Assembly: GCA_040954595.2 (NCBI GenBank)
Contig: CM082586.2
Coordinates: 2,733,124 to 2,797,123, forward strand
DNA: 64,000 nucleotides
Reading direction: 5' to 3'
Origin: Balanoglossus misakiensis
Taxonomy: Eukaryota; Animalia; Hemichordata
Position numbers and translations under genes: made by a program. The notes under the pieces were generated by a model. It searched no databases, was not told the DNA's origin, and saw nothing but the letters and a program-made list of their open reading frames with translations. Positions 44,766-64,000 of the stretch are shown in pieces. Each line of letters begins with the position of its first letter. Position 1 is the stretch's first letter.

Positions 44766-45329
44766 GATCACTTTCTCACTGACACGTACGTGTACACAGT
44801 CTGCTATGTATTCCTAAGGCAAAGCCACCTTGTTTATGTTCGGTCTTTAACAAGTTATCAATACTGTTGGCTGAAGGGGTTAGTTCGTCAAAACAGCAGA
44901 CAACGTAACTCCATTTCCGTCAAAAGAAGGGAACCCAGTGTAAACGACGTCGTTACCAGGAAGGTTCTAAGAATAACGCTTCTAATAGTACAAGTGTAAT
45001 TCCCAACCAGGACACAGGCATCACACAGGCATGAAACCAATATGTGACGTCCTATGGAGAATCGTCGACAACTTGACTCGAGCCGCTGGTTCCAGGCTTC
45101 CGGACCAGGTTATCTACTTTCGGGAATATCAGACCAACAAAGCTTCTTCTGGTCTCGGGTAAAAGACGTAGAACTGCTTGCACCACGGATAATCGTCGCC
45201 TTCCTTCTCGCAACAACCATGAAAACTTCTCCGTTGACAGACATACAGCAATGAAACGCACGACTAAGCTGCATTAGTAGCAACACGATTCCCACCACCA
45301 GGTCGATGCGGCAACCATTTTTATTTACA

Positions 45330-45342
45330 GTTGCTAAGCAAC
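45330..45342. promoter_or_regulatory. RFX X-box-like palindrome upstream of KIAA0319L-like
   Basis: GTTGCTAAGCAAC; a second site GTTGCCATGACAAC lies at 45724-45737. Confidence 0.5.
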
Positions 45343-46614
45343 CCAAAACATGAAGTCGATTCAGATATAACGAAAAAAACATTTCAGTGATAAAAATCGG
45401 GCAACAGAGCTGAAAACCAGGGAATATTTGTTTTGGTGCAAAACGAATCAACGCTCTACGAATAAAGACAGATTGTTAGTCATCATTGGTGATCAAAGCC
45501 GACCGAGGGCGCATTACTGTGAAATTTCGAGTTTTTCGGGGGGGGGGGGGGGGGGCAAAAATGTTTCAGTATTGGTTTCCAGCCGGCAGCACATCGCCAC
45601 GCCTAGTACGTCTGGTGAATGAGATTAATTTGTGTGGAATTATTCTTGGAAATCATATAAGTGTACCTTTTATCACCATCACAGGTGTTTTGATCACAGC
45701 TGGGTTCCATGTTTAAAGGGGAAGTTGCCATGACAACCATTTTGTGTATCACATAAGTATTCAAAGGACCTACAATCTGTAAAATTGAAAGTATTGTCTT
45801 TTCTTATAATTGCACATCCACTCACAATCTCACTGAATGGCTGTCAGAAATACCTAAACACATCACTGACAATATTATTAGTTTTTATTTTAAATGTATT
45901 TCTTTTAAAGCTGGTGTTAAAAACATAATGATCTGTTAGAAAATAACTCTATTATGAATATATTGACAGTTTTGCTGAAATGCACAAATTTGTTTCACCT
46001 CAGATGAACACCTTGAACTCTTTTCTGGTGTCAATCATTGCATTATGTCATAGGATACCAAGGTCAGAGTTCAGAGGTCAGTCAGATGATCTTTATAACT
46101 TAGAATTAGGTGTGAAACCATAGACCCTTCCTAGAGTCTATGGCTAAACATGGAATAATAAAGAGAAAATGTTTGGCATGCACAGAAATTGTTAGAAAGG
46201 AATTTCATTAAGCTTTACAAAACTGCTTATTTGCATATGTATAATATTTGTACATTTACATACATTCACTTTGTACAAAATGTGTGGTTTTCCTCAAAAC
46301 CTTTGCAAACCGTTTCAACATAGATATTTGTGTCCATAAAATATTGCATTTAATTACTAAATACAATTGATCAAATGCATTCAAAATGTATACATGTACA
46401 GTCAAAATACAAGATGTAGTTGTCGTTTGACCACATGAAAAGCAGAAAGTCAAATTTTTCATAGTTCATCATGTCTCTATAAAAACTTAAGGACTTGCGG
46501 GCAAAGTATCTGATTCCCAGCCATGCTACCCATCAATGGCCAAAGCAAAACCAGATAATTAAAATAAAATAAAAAAGTCTGATATTAAGTTGTTGATTTC
46601 GCAATGCTGCACTT

Positions 46615-48950
46615 CTATCTATGTTTGAGAAGCTCTGTTCTGGCACTGACAAGGATCTTGAAGGCCTCCTCACTGCCAGGCGCCACGTTTTTATCCGGAT
46701 GAAGCAACACAGCCAACTTCTTGTACGCTTTGTTCACGTCTTCCCTGTGGAGTGAAAGAGACACAAGATAAGGGGTCTCAGTGTGATAAATGTAACGTTT
46801 GTTAGGGGGTATTACCAAGTATACTCCACATGCATCAGCATGGGAACATAAAACTCAGGGGTTCCTTGAGCAAGCAAGAACTCACATGCAAAGAAAGAAA
46901 TGTGATGTTGCATGGGGCTTGCCCAGTGTAACTGTAGAGGTTATGTTACACTAGAATAATAACCATGCAGCGTGTATTCTCTATGCCACACTAAACAGAT
47001 GTGATGTGACATGGATTGGTCACACCACATGTAAAATACATTAGGTGGCAATGGATCAAAGTGAATAGTGGGATTTTATTTAATTTTTTTGTGTTGTATC
47101 CAAGAAGAATATTCAATCATTTACTGGCCTGAATAGTATTAATGTGGAGAAACGAGATCACACAACATCACCACTGGGGGCGCTGTCACCACACATGAAA
47201 TGTGGATTTCACAACATTATCTTCATTTCTACTCACTTGGAAGCACCAGGCATCAAGCCAAGCCTTTCGTAATTGTCTTTGCTGTTCCTCAACCTCCGCA
47301 CAGCCTCCACTTGTTCCTTGGTATAGCCCAGCATCGTGGTAATTCTCTCCACCTTGCCGCCATTCTCGAAGGCTTTCACTACGCCATTAAACAGAGTCTG
47401 TCACAGAAAGAAAGGAACAGAACTGAATCAACTGACCTTAACCTGGCAAATTATTCTTAAACTGGATAAACTATAAATTATTTGGTTATATTGTAATTAC
47501 ATACCTGAAACATGTCACCAATTCCGTCGCCATTCTGAGCTGAAGTTTCAAAATAATGGAAGCCTTTACTGTCAGCCCACAGCCTTCCTTCTGTGTCGTC
47601 TACAACCCTGCTACTTCTCCTGTCGATCTGGAAAAACAAAAACATATAACCAGTAATTTTATTGAACAGCAACATACTAATAACCATAATGGATAAGCAT
47701 AATGTTGCATGTTTGCATTTCATCTAATTACATTCTTGAGACATTTACTCACGGATTGTATTGCTGGGCAACAATTGGTAGGATGGATTTGTACATGGTT
47801 ATTAAGATGCAATAGATTTATTTTGAGACCTTCAGCCAACAATGGAAAGTACAGCGAACTACTCTGTACAACTTACTTTATTTGCTTGTTTACTCTACTA
47901 TTGCAATCAAGGATTCAATTAGTCTCAATCTGCACAGTAGTCGCTTTATTGTTGGATTAATTCTGTTACTCAAGAGCCCTCTTCACACAAAAGGTGAGTG
48001 TTTGTTTTCTCTTCCTTGGTATCTCGGTCACACAAACGACAATGCCCTGTTGAGTTTGCTGGACTGGAATCCAACAAACCCTATTCAGGTTGTCAAATCA
48101 TGGACTGTGAATCAAGAAACAGTTTTACTTACTTTATTGGCACATACACAGAAGACGACTTTCTCCATTTCAACTGCGTCACCAATCTCCTGTCTCATCT
48201 CCGCTAACCAACTGTCTAATGCGTCGAAGCTAGATCGGTCTGTCACATCGTACACCAATATTGCACCTTGTGTATCCTTGTAAAACTCATTGCGAACCTA
48301 AAATCATCAACAGAAAACTGACTTGTCATGTTGTTCATGAAATTCTCCAACAATCTATACACATACGGATGCAGACTTAAAATGTAATGACCCTGGCCTT
48401 GAGCCTATATCTTTACCAGAAGACCTTATACAGAGAAGATGATTATAACTTCATGACCTACCTCATAAAATATGGGATGGCCAGCCATGTCAAAAATGTT
48501 TATTTTGACTTCCTTATCCCTGATAGGAACTCTGGATTGAAAAGAAAAAGCAGAATTATACAAAAACAACTAACGGTGGAATCTCAAGAAAGAGCCACTG
48601 AAAAGGATGGGAGGGATGAATCACCACTGAGCCAATGCACACAAGGTCATCTGCATATTTCTCTTCAACTTACTTTGTAACTCCATAGTCAATGCCAATG
48701 GTTGTTAGATACTTGCTGACAAATCTTTTTTCACAGTACCGCTTTATTACACAACTCTGTGAACGAACAAAAGAAAAGGCAGGATTAAACACAATTGCAG
48801 TTTATTATGGAGTTCCACCCACGTCATGTACATTGCACATGTATATTTCAACTTAAAAATTTGTTCTTCACTCACCTTTCCGACCTCAGCATTTCCCATG
48901 CTGATTATTTTCACTCGTATACTCCTCTTGCTTTTGTCCTTACGCTCCAT
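46615..48950 (-). CDS. DNAJC27: DnaJ homolog subfamily C member 27 (RBJ; RJL small GTPase + J domain). Exons approx 48950-48876, 48756-48674, 48531-48462, 48297-48133, 47627-47505, 47397-47237, 46745-46615
   Basis: RVKIISMGNAEVGK|SCVIKRYCEKRFVSKYLTTIGIDYGVTK, NIFDMAGHPIFYEVRNEFYKDTQG, CANKID, YFETSAQ, and J-domain AYKKLAVLLHPDKNVAPGSEEAFK. Confidence 0.96.
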
Positions 48951-49941
48951 ACTTTGATGTGCTTTTTATTAAAACGTACAATGTCAAAGAAGCTAAAACG
49001 TTGAGTTTGAACTAGAGTGTTATCATATTACAGGTGCAAGTCCAGGGTCAGTTGCCATGGGTTCATGGCGGTGCTGATATAAACATCCATCGTCCCAGAA
49101 ACCCTCTGACGATCCTCCTGGAGAATTCGTGGATTTGGCTGTATCCCTGAGGCGGCCGCCGTGTCAGCGTCTACTCAGTAAATTAAATCAGCCGATTGGT
49201 GGACAAAATCACGTATATCGGAGCGCAAGATCGTATCGAGAACTTCAGAGGACCAAAACAAAGTCGATGTTGCAGAATACGGCGCTGGTGATGATCACCA
49301 ATAAGTTGGCGTACATTTAGAGTTCGATTGCGTCCAGGAATAAATGCAACAATGTAAGAGCTTGTACGATTCAACGTGAACAGAATCGGTGCCGATTCCT
49401 ACCAGAAAATGCTGTAATACTTGTAAGAAAACGTTGACTGGTTCTGTGCTGGTCTTCACTGATCTTCAGACTTGGAATTTTCGTACTGAGCGTGCGCCAG
49501 AAATCAACCTCACCGTGCAACGGTGGCTGTAATTGGCTAGAGAGTGGTAGAAACTTTGATATGTCGTTTATTTTGATTGGTTGATAGGAAATCTATTCCA
49601 CTTTTCTGAAAAGGTAGTGTAACTTACAAGGGGATCAATAAAGGTTGATATTTTGTCAAAAGAACGATATTTTTCATCATCACATGATATATTCAAACAA
49701 AAAACAATGTTCTCATTGACTTATTCACCAGGAAAGGCTGTCTTATTTCATTTTGGTAGTTAGTCCCTCAAGAGAACAGCGGACCAACTTTTCCCGGAAG
49801 TAGCGCCAAAGTTGAAAGTTGAAGTCATTGATGATCGCGATCCAGTTCAGGTGATCGTAAGGTGGACGATCTAGAGTGTCAAGCACAGGAATGTCCCAAT
49901 AATCCAAGTTCCTGTGAAAGTACAAAGTTACAACGTCAAAT
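48951..49941. promoter_or_regulatory. putative bidirectional promoter DNAJC27 / TUBE1
   Basis: Divergent ATGs about 990 bp apart, CpG-rich, several ATTGG (inverted CCAAT) at about 49195, 49532 and 49577, and an X-box half-site GTTGCCATGG at 49051. Confidence 0.6.
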
Positions 49942-52900
49942 ATGACACAATCTATAGTCGTACAAGGTGAGATCAGGTCAAAACATTCAGGGGTACGTCG
50001 TTGAGGGGTATCACCAGTGTTTGTTTACATGTTGATACCTGTCTGAGTCCCTTCTTCTCTACTCTTGATCATTGGCTACTTGTAACTAATGTGATCTACA
50101 AAGTCAGAGACAAGTGATATGATATCTAGTTCTTGAAATACTTAACTTTGCCTAAACTGTACCTTGTGTTTTCTTGCATTTGCAGTTGGCCAATGTGGAA
50201 ATCAAGTAAGTGATGTGTCGATTTCATAATCTCAATCTTGTCATTTAATACCTTATATGTAAAACACTAGTGAAACTCACATGAAATCAGTGTAATTAAA
50301 TTAAGTCCCAGAATAAGATGTGACAGAAAACCACCACTACCAGTAATTAATTTACCAATAAACCACTTGTCACAAGCTGGATTGGCCTCATGTATGTTAG
50401 TTTCAACATTTTTGGTCTGTCCATCTACATGTGCTCATACTCTAGTCATGTTCTTCCTTCTTTCCACCAGATCGGTTGTAGATTTTGGGATCTGGCCCTG
50501 AGGGAACACGCCAGCAGAAACAAACATGGAACATTTGATGAACCCCTCAGTAGCTTCTTCAGGAATGTTGACACCAGGTAAGTTTTTGCCATACCGGAAT
50601 GTCAAATTCAGCAACTTATAATAAAAGGCTTTTTTGTCATATCATTTCCAAAAGTCCCCAACTTAAAAGGGTTTTCAGCTGTGTTAATATTATTACAGGT
50701 TTGATGACCCAGCAGATTTGCCTATCGGATCTGGTAAGAACAAAATCAAAGCTCTCAAAGCTAGGGTGAGTCTAACCAGTCATGTGTCTTGAAATAGAAC
50801 TGCATTTGAAAAGAACAGAGAAGGTGGTAGAGTTGCATGTACTGTATACAAGAGTGCCACCTACTTTAATATTGACTTTGTGCTTTTGTTTTCATTGTAG
50901 GCTGTCCTCATTGATATGGAGGAAGGGGTTGTGAATGATTTACTCAAAGGTCCCCTGGGGGACGTGTTTGATTGCAGACAGCTGATCACAGATGTCTCAG
51001 GGTCTGGAAATAATTGGTAAGTATCTGATACCAATTCCATTTATTGTGGGATGGATTCTAGTCCAGGCTTGAATGAATATATGTATGCTGTGTTGATACT
51101 CATAGTCCCACTGTCTTTGATTTTTCAGGGCTGTGGGTCACATGAACTACGGTCAGCAGTACAGGGAACAAATCACAGAGACTGTTAGGAGAGCTGCTGA
51201 ACAGTGTGATTGCTTGCAATGTTTCTTTGTTTTACATTCCATGGGTGGAGGTAGGTGAATGTGGTTGCCACATTGTGTGTTGTCCTTAGAGTATGCACTC
51301 ACCTTCCAACAAATCACATTTTTAAAGAGTTTATACAACTGGTGAAATAATTCATTTTCATAATGATTTTTTTGTCATGGCCAGTCTCAAAAGAACACAT
51401 GACTTTAATATATTTTTGACTGTAGGTACTGGTTCTGGAGTTGGTACATCAGTTTTAAGTTTACTCAGCGATGAATATCCAGATGTCTATAGGTAAGATA
51501 TTGCTTTCATGAATTTTATCTTATATTGGTTTCTTGGTTCCACTGATCTCTCATAAAAAGTATAATGGAAACAAACTTATTTGCGCTTTATCTTTGAAGG
51601 TTTGTAACAGCTGTGTATCCATCAGCAGAAGATGATGTGATAACATCCCCGTACAACAGTGTCCTAGCAATGCATCAGTTGACGCAACATGCTGACTGTG
51701 TCTTGCCCATTGAAAACCAGGCACTTGTGGATATCTGCAATAAAATCAACCTTGCTTTGCCTCCGGACAAACCCGGCAAGAAGCAAATGACTTCAAACAG
51801 CCGGGTGAAAGCCGGCAGCGCGGTCACTGCCAGCACTGGTGGACTCGTCAAGAAGAGCGAAGAGAAACCGTTTGATAAAATGAATAACATAGTAGCCAAT
51901 CTCTTACTCAATATGACCAGGTATGGACAATATGGTGAGGTATGGATTGATGGGAGAGTACAAGTTATGGTAGGAGTTGACATTTAGCAAACGGAGATGG
52001 ATTGACGGAGAGGGCAAGTTTGGGTAACAGGGTTGCCATTAATTATATTATTTTTCTTTTCAGTTCCGCAAGATTTGAAGGCTCGTTGAATGTAGATCTG
52101 AATGAGATCACAATGAATCTAGTGCCTTTCCCACAACTCCACTATCTGGTTTCCAGCCTGACTCCATTGTACTCACTCGCTGATATCAACGTACCACCAA
52201 GGAGGTTAGTACTCACACATAAATTGTTTTTTCCTTCACTGAAACAAGCGAGATTTGAATGTGTCCCCCGGCCTGTCATCTTTGCACACGCCACCTCCTT
52301 TTAACAATACATGTATGACTGCATTCTTGATTTCTTTTTCTCAGACTGGACCAGATGTTTTCTGACGCATTCTCCAAAGACCACCAGCTGATCAAAGCAG
52401 ACCCTAAACACAGCTTATACCTGGCGTGTGCTTTGATGTTGAGAGGAAACGTCGAGATCTCGGATGTCAGGAGAAATATCGAAAGGTATGGAAAGTTTTC
52501 CACAGACAAAATTCAAAAACAGAAGTTGCTTTGCAGTGGAATTTTTATGTGGGATTCTATGGCAGCTCTAATCCTCATCTCAACCACTCTTCATCTTTCA
52601 GATTGAAACCATCACTGCAATTTATTCACTGGAATCAAGAAGGCTGGAAGACAGGCCTGTGTTCGGTGCCACCAGTCGGCCAGCCTCACTCACTTCTAAC
52701 GCTGGCCAACAACACGTGTATACGTCACACGTTCTCTGACCTCAAAGACAGATTTGTGAAACTCTACAAGAGAAAGGTAGGTGGTGTAGCATGCAACAGT
52801 TTGGTACATTTGTGCAAATTTCCTATTCAGACTCAGTAATATGTCATTTTCCATCTTTATCTGCCTACAGGCTCATGTACATCATTACACACACGTTGAT

Positions 52901-53029
52901 GGTATGGAGATGAGTCAGTTCACAGAAAGCCTAGAGTCATTGACTTCACTGATGAAGGAATACCACGGACTCGAAGCAAACATGGGAAGAGTTGTGGATG
53001 ATATCCAACGTCTGCAGATAGCAACATGA
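49942..53029 (+). CDS. TUBE1: Tubulin epsilon chain, 12 exons (approx 49942-49966, 50186-50205, 50471-50577, 50699-50765, 50901-51017, 51129-51251, 51426-51492, 51600-51920, 52063-52204, 52345-52485, 52602-52776, 52871-53029)
   Basis: MTQSIVVQVGQCGNQIGCRFWDLALREHA, LKARAVLIDMEEGVVN, ITDVSGSGNNWAVGH, HSMGGGTGSG, VYPSAEDDVITSPYNS, SSARFEGSLNVDLNEITMNLVPFP and WNQEGWKTGLC are epsilon-specific. Confidence 0.97.
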
Positions 53030-53434
53030 GAGACACCTCCAAATACCAATAGAGATGGGACTTGTACATTCCAAATATAATAGTGCACTCGCGTGAGCAA
53101 TGATAAAGTACACTTACAATACATACGCAAGTGCTATTGCGCGTGGACAGGTGTATTCATGCAACCGTTTACTGCCATTACTGAAGTGCCCTCCAACAAA
53201 GCTCAAAATTCCTGTGCATCGGTGATGAGTTGTATTGCCCTTGAAGGCGCACTGCTTCTATGACTACATGTGAATAAGAAACTTCAACAGTCCAGCTGAA
53301 ATAAATTGAACAAATGTAAATATTTTATTTTTAAAACTGATTGGAATACAATAAAATTGTAGTGAAACATGCAGTACTTTTGTGTGTGTCTCTGAGTATC
53401 TTGCTTCAGTGGATGATTGATTTGTTGGGTTCAC

Positions 53435-55635
<2,201 letters not shown>

Positions 55636-56138
55636 GCCTGTAAATTGTAAATGCCCTGTGTTTTGATGAGTGTAGAGTTTGAACCCGCTGGCGCCGAACG
55701 TTGATCAACACGGTTTGGTAATATTGACCTCAATCAAAAAGGTCATACGCCGTGTCAGGTGATCACTTCTGGGATGTGCCACTAAATCGAGGGGTTGACA
55801 GTTCAGTAAAGGATGGGATAATTACAAACCCCATTTTTGAGCAATATTGCTCATATCAAGACAGCACTTATCAAAGGACTAGTGTCGCTTACATTTCTTG
55901 TACACATTTAAGGAGGAATATTTGGTGAAACATCGCAGAAAACAGGGAATAAGTAACGCGTTTGAAAGTCTCGCGTTCTGCGAGACGTCGGCGTGACTCA
56001 AATAACTCAGTGCGAAGTTATTCCACGAAGTGAAGGTCGACACTTCTTCCGGTTTGATCTGAACTTTAAAATCGCCGAATCGCTGAATAATGCTGAACGT
56101 ATCTTGATCTGAACGAAGTGTAATACCTACCGAAGAAA
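55636..56138. promoter_or_regulatory. putative bidirectional promoter LACTB2 / STK3
   Basis: Divergent ATGs about 500 bp apart, CpG-rich, AP-1 site TGACTCA at about 55994. Confidence 0.6.
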
Positions 56139-61666
<5,528 letters not shown>

Positions 61667-64000
61667 GATGTGAATGCGGATGAATATAGCTTAATGACTG
61701 CAGCTTCAATACTCTTCCCTGGTGAACCTGCATATAGCAAAGAGGAAGACAGCCTTGATAACCAATGCTATAGGTCATTTATGTAAAGTACAATTTGATT
61801 GGTTGATTACCTGCCAATGAATGTCAATTGCCCAATCAGTCTAAGCCTTATAAAAACGGTACAGATTCATAACTATGAGAATTTGCATATCCACAGAGAG
61901 TAGATTTTTGTTTCCTATCATAAGTGAGCTAGAATTCATTTTTTTGTAATTTTCTACAAAAATTAAAAAAGCTCAGTGGTTTGTGAGAGGTGTTTTTCAA
62001 CACTTGAATGAAGCTCAGCTGATCATGAGATTTGAGATTGTCAGTTTCCACTTTCTTATAAAAAACTGCTAGCACTTTTAGTTCAGATTTTCTGGGGCAA
62101 ATTATTATTTTGATTCATGTGTTATCAGGATAGTTTTGTTTTTATAGAAGTCTAGTCTGCCTCACAAGCAAAAAACAGACCAACCATTGTTGAATAGTTT
62201 CTTGTGTATTTTCCCCCATGTATCAGTTTTAATGTAAGAACTTAGACAATCCGAAATGAATGTATCTTCTGCCTTGGTATTATGTTTGTAGGAAATGTCA
62301 TGGTTGAAGAGATTTTAGAAAGCAGTAGCATATTTCATACCAAGGACTGCATTTGGAGTGACCATATCATTTAATCAGAGAGGGTGCTATTTGATGAAAG
62401 AAAAAACTTAAAAATTAATTGGAGACAAAGGGCTTTATCTGTGGCAGAATATTCCTTCAGTTAATCAACGTTTTTCAGCAACCACTGCACTGTGCCTCAG
62501 TTTTGCATCATGTACAGATAATAATTATCTGAAGGCTTGTATTTTCTTATGCAGTACTGTCAAGCAGGATTGGGTTTGTTAATGTTAATTCTCTGCACAG
62601 TTGGTATATCCAAGACGTTTGTGTTTCACCTTGTTTTTTATGAGTTTAGGGGAAAATAAAGTTTTTATCGTTTGAATGTAAGGTATATTGCGTTTCGAAA
62701 TCATTTTGATATATGTTCGCGTGACTTTGGCCATACCTCATTGTGATTATGACGAGAGTTTATTGCCCTCAATCTGAGCTCAACCAAGCAATTCCCCAAG
62801 GCAGTCCTTTACGACTCGACTCTGTTTATTCTAAAACAACCAGGCAAAGCGCAGGTCTGCTAAGGTCATGGCCCGAAGCGACCTCCAATAACAATGTTAA
62901 TAACGGTGCGCTGAAGTTTTTGTCCGACTGATCGCATTCACCTGGTGACGACCTGCTCAATGAACAGTATCTAGGCTTTAAAAGTAAATATGCATACCCT
63001 CACTGACACAATTCGTGCTGCCAAGACATCGACGGGTATAATAAACAACGGTAACTGGCTGAGTGGAGTGTGTTTCTTACCACTGGGCGCAACAACTCCA
63101 GAACGTCAGCGCACTTGAACTACAACGACTGTATATCTTTGCTCCGAAAACTCATTTTTGTTAATACATGTATCTACGTACTGTCCTCAGCCACGTCTTA
63201 AAATCGCAATTTTCATAAGCGTCTACACTGTCACCTGCCTGTCGGTGCATCAATAGAACAAACCTATGGGACCTAGGGACGATCAGATTTGATCATTGTG
63301 GTAAGTTGTCCAGTGTGCTTTGATACCACAACTCTACGATTCCATTCCGTAATTTGATTCAGTTATTCTTATATAAGATGATATTACTTTCATTTTATCA
63401 CATGCTAGAATAGTTTTACCTTTTGCTCAACAAACAAGGGGCATGGAAATGCATACAAAAGACCATATTCATCGTTTTATTTTCATTTACTCCACACACG
63501 ATACGATATACGAGTCTTTGATTCGATTCTCGTTAGCACGTCGTGAAGGACAACACATCGACGCTACAATAGATATTGTCCTGTCATTCTTTGTGGCCGC
63601 AGTCACGCTAGTGGGACAACAATTCAAGGGTGTTCAACCGTATCAATACCTCCAGTCGGACCGATTCAGGTCAAATGAGAATATGAAAAAATAAGTAATG
63701 CATTAATGACTATATGATGAGAGTTATTACCCAAATTGGCCAAAACTGCCGGAATTAAAGCCGTGACTGTGAAGCTTGAACCTCAAATTGAAAGCTCGTG
63801 GGCTAAAAACCACGCAATCGACGTCGTTTATTACCCCATGAAAAGTATGAAAAGCGTAAAAAGAGCATCGGAAATCACAATATAAGCTTTATGGGGCCAG
63901 TGATCCTCGACGCCATCTTGACGGCCCATATTGAAAATATACAGCCAGGCTGAAGTCAACAAAAGTTAAATTAAACTTTACATGTTGACAATAAATCTGT

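Noticed and set aside
47171-47186. CTCF-like motif CCACTGGGGGCGCTG (also about 8183)
   Set aside because: Isolated imperfect matches that cannot be supported without ChIP data.
47877-47928. Exon-like segment in a DNAJC27 intron ending AATAAA|GTAAGT like the true exon
   Set aside because: It has an in-frame stop and only short similarity, so it is likely chance.
63443-63694. 83-aa ORF
   Set aside because: No recognisable homology or supporting exon structure.

Overview
This is gene-dense, intron-containing animal DNA, probably an invertebrate deuterostome (inferred from gene content, intron style and CpG pattern). Nothing prokaryotic and no CRISPR array was found. Bases 1-5920 are a near-homogeneous 88-bp satellite of about 67 copies. 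Eight spliced protein-coding genes follow: a CUB+2xLDLa type-I membrane protein (-), TTC39C (-), GEMIN7 (+), KIAA0319/KIAA0319L-like (-), DNAJC27/RBJ (-), epsilon-tubulin TUBE1 (+), LACTB2 (-) and Hippo kinase STK3/4 (+). Six of them form three head-to-head pairs. Several TTAA-flanked MITEs (piggyBac-like and Kolobok/T2-like) lie in introns. The most notable observations are: two extra Cys-rich EGF/EB-like exons in the KIAA0319L-like receptor; a cilia/centriole-biased gene neighbourhood with RFX X-box-like motifs; LACTB2 ending in a peroxisomal SKL signal; a splice-versus-stop alternative C-terminus in Hippo; a GC-AG intron; four CRE palindromes in one intron; and higher-order structure plus an inverted junction in the satellite. 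Exon boundaries were read by eye and may be off by a few bases. I found no convincing wholly new biological system; the findings are hypotheses to test.
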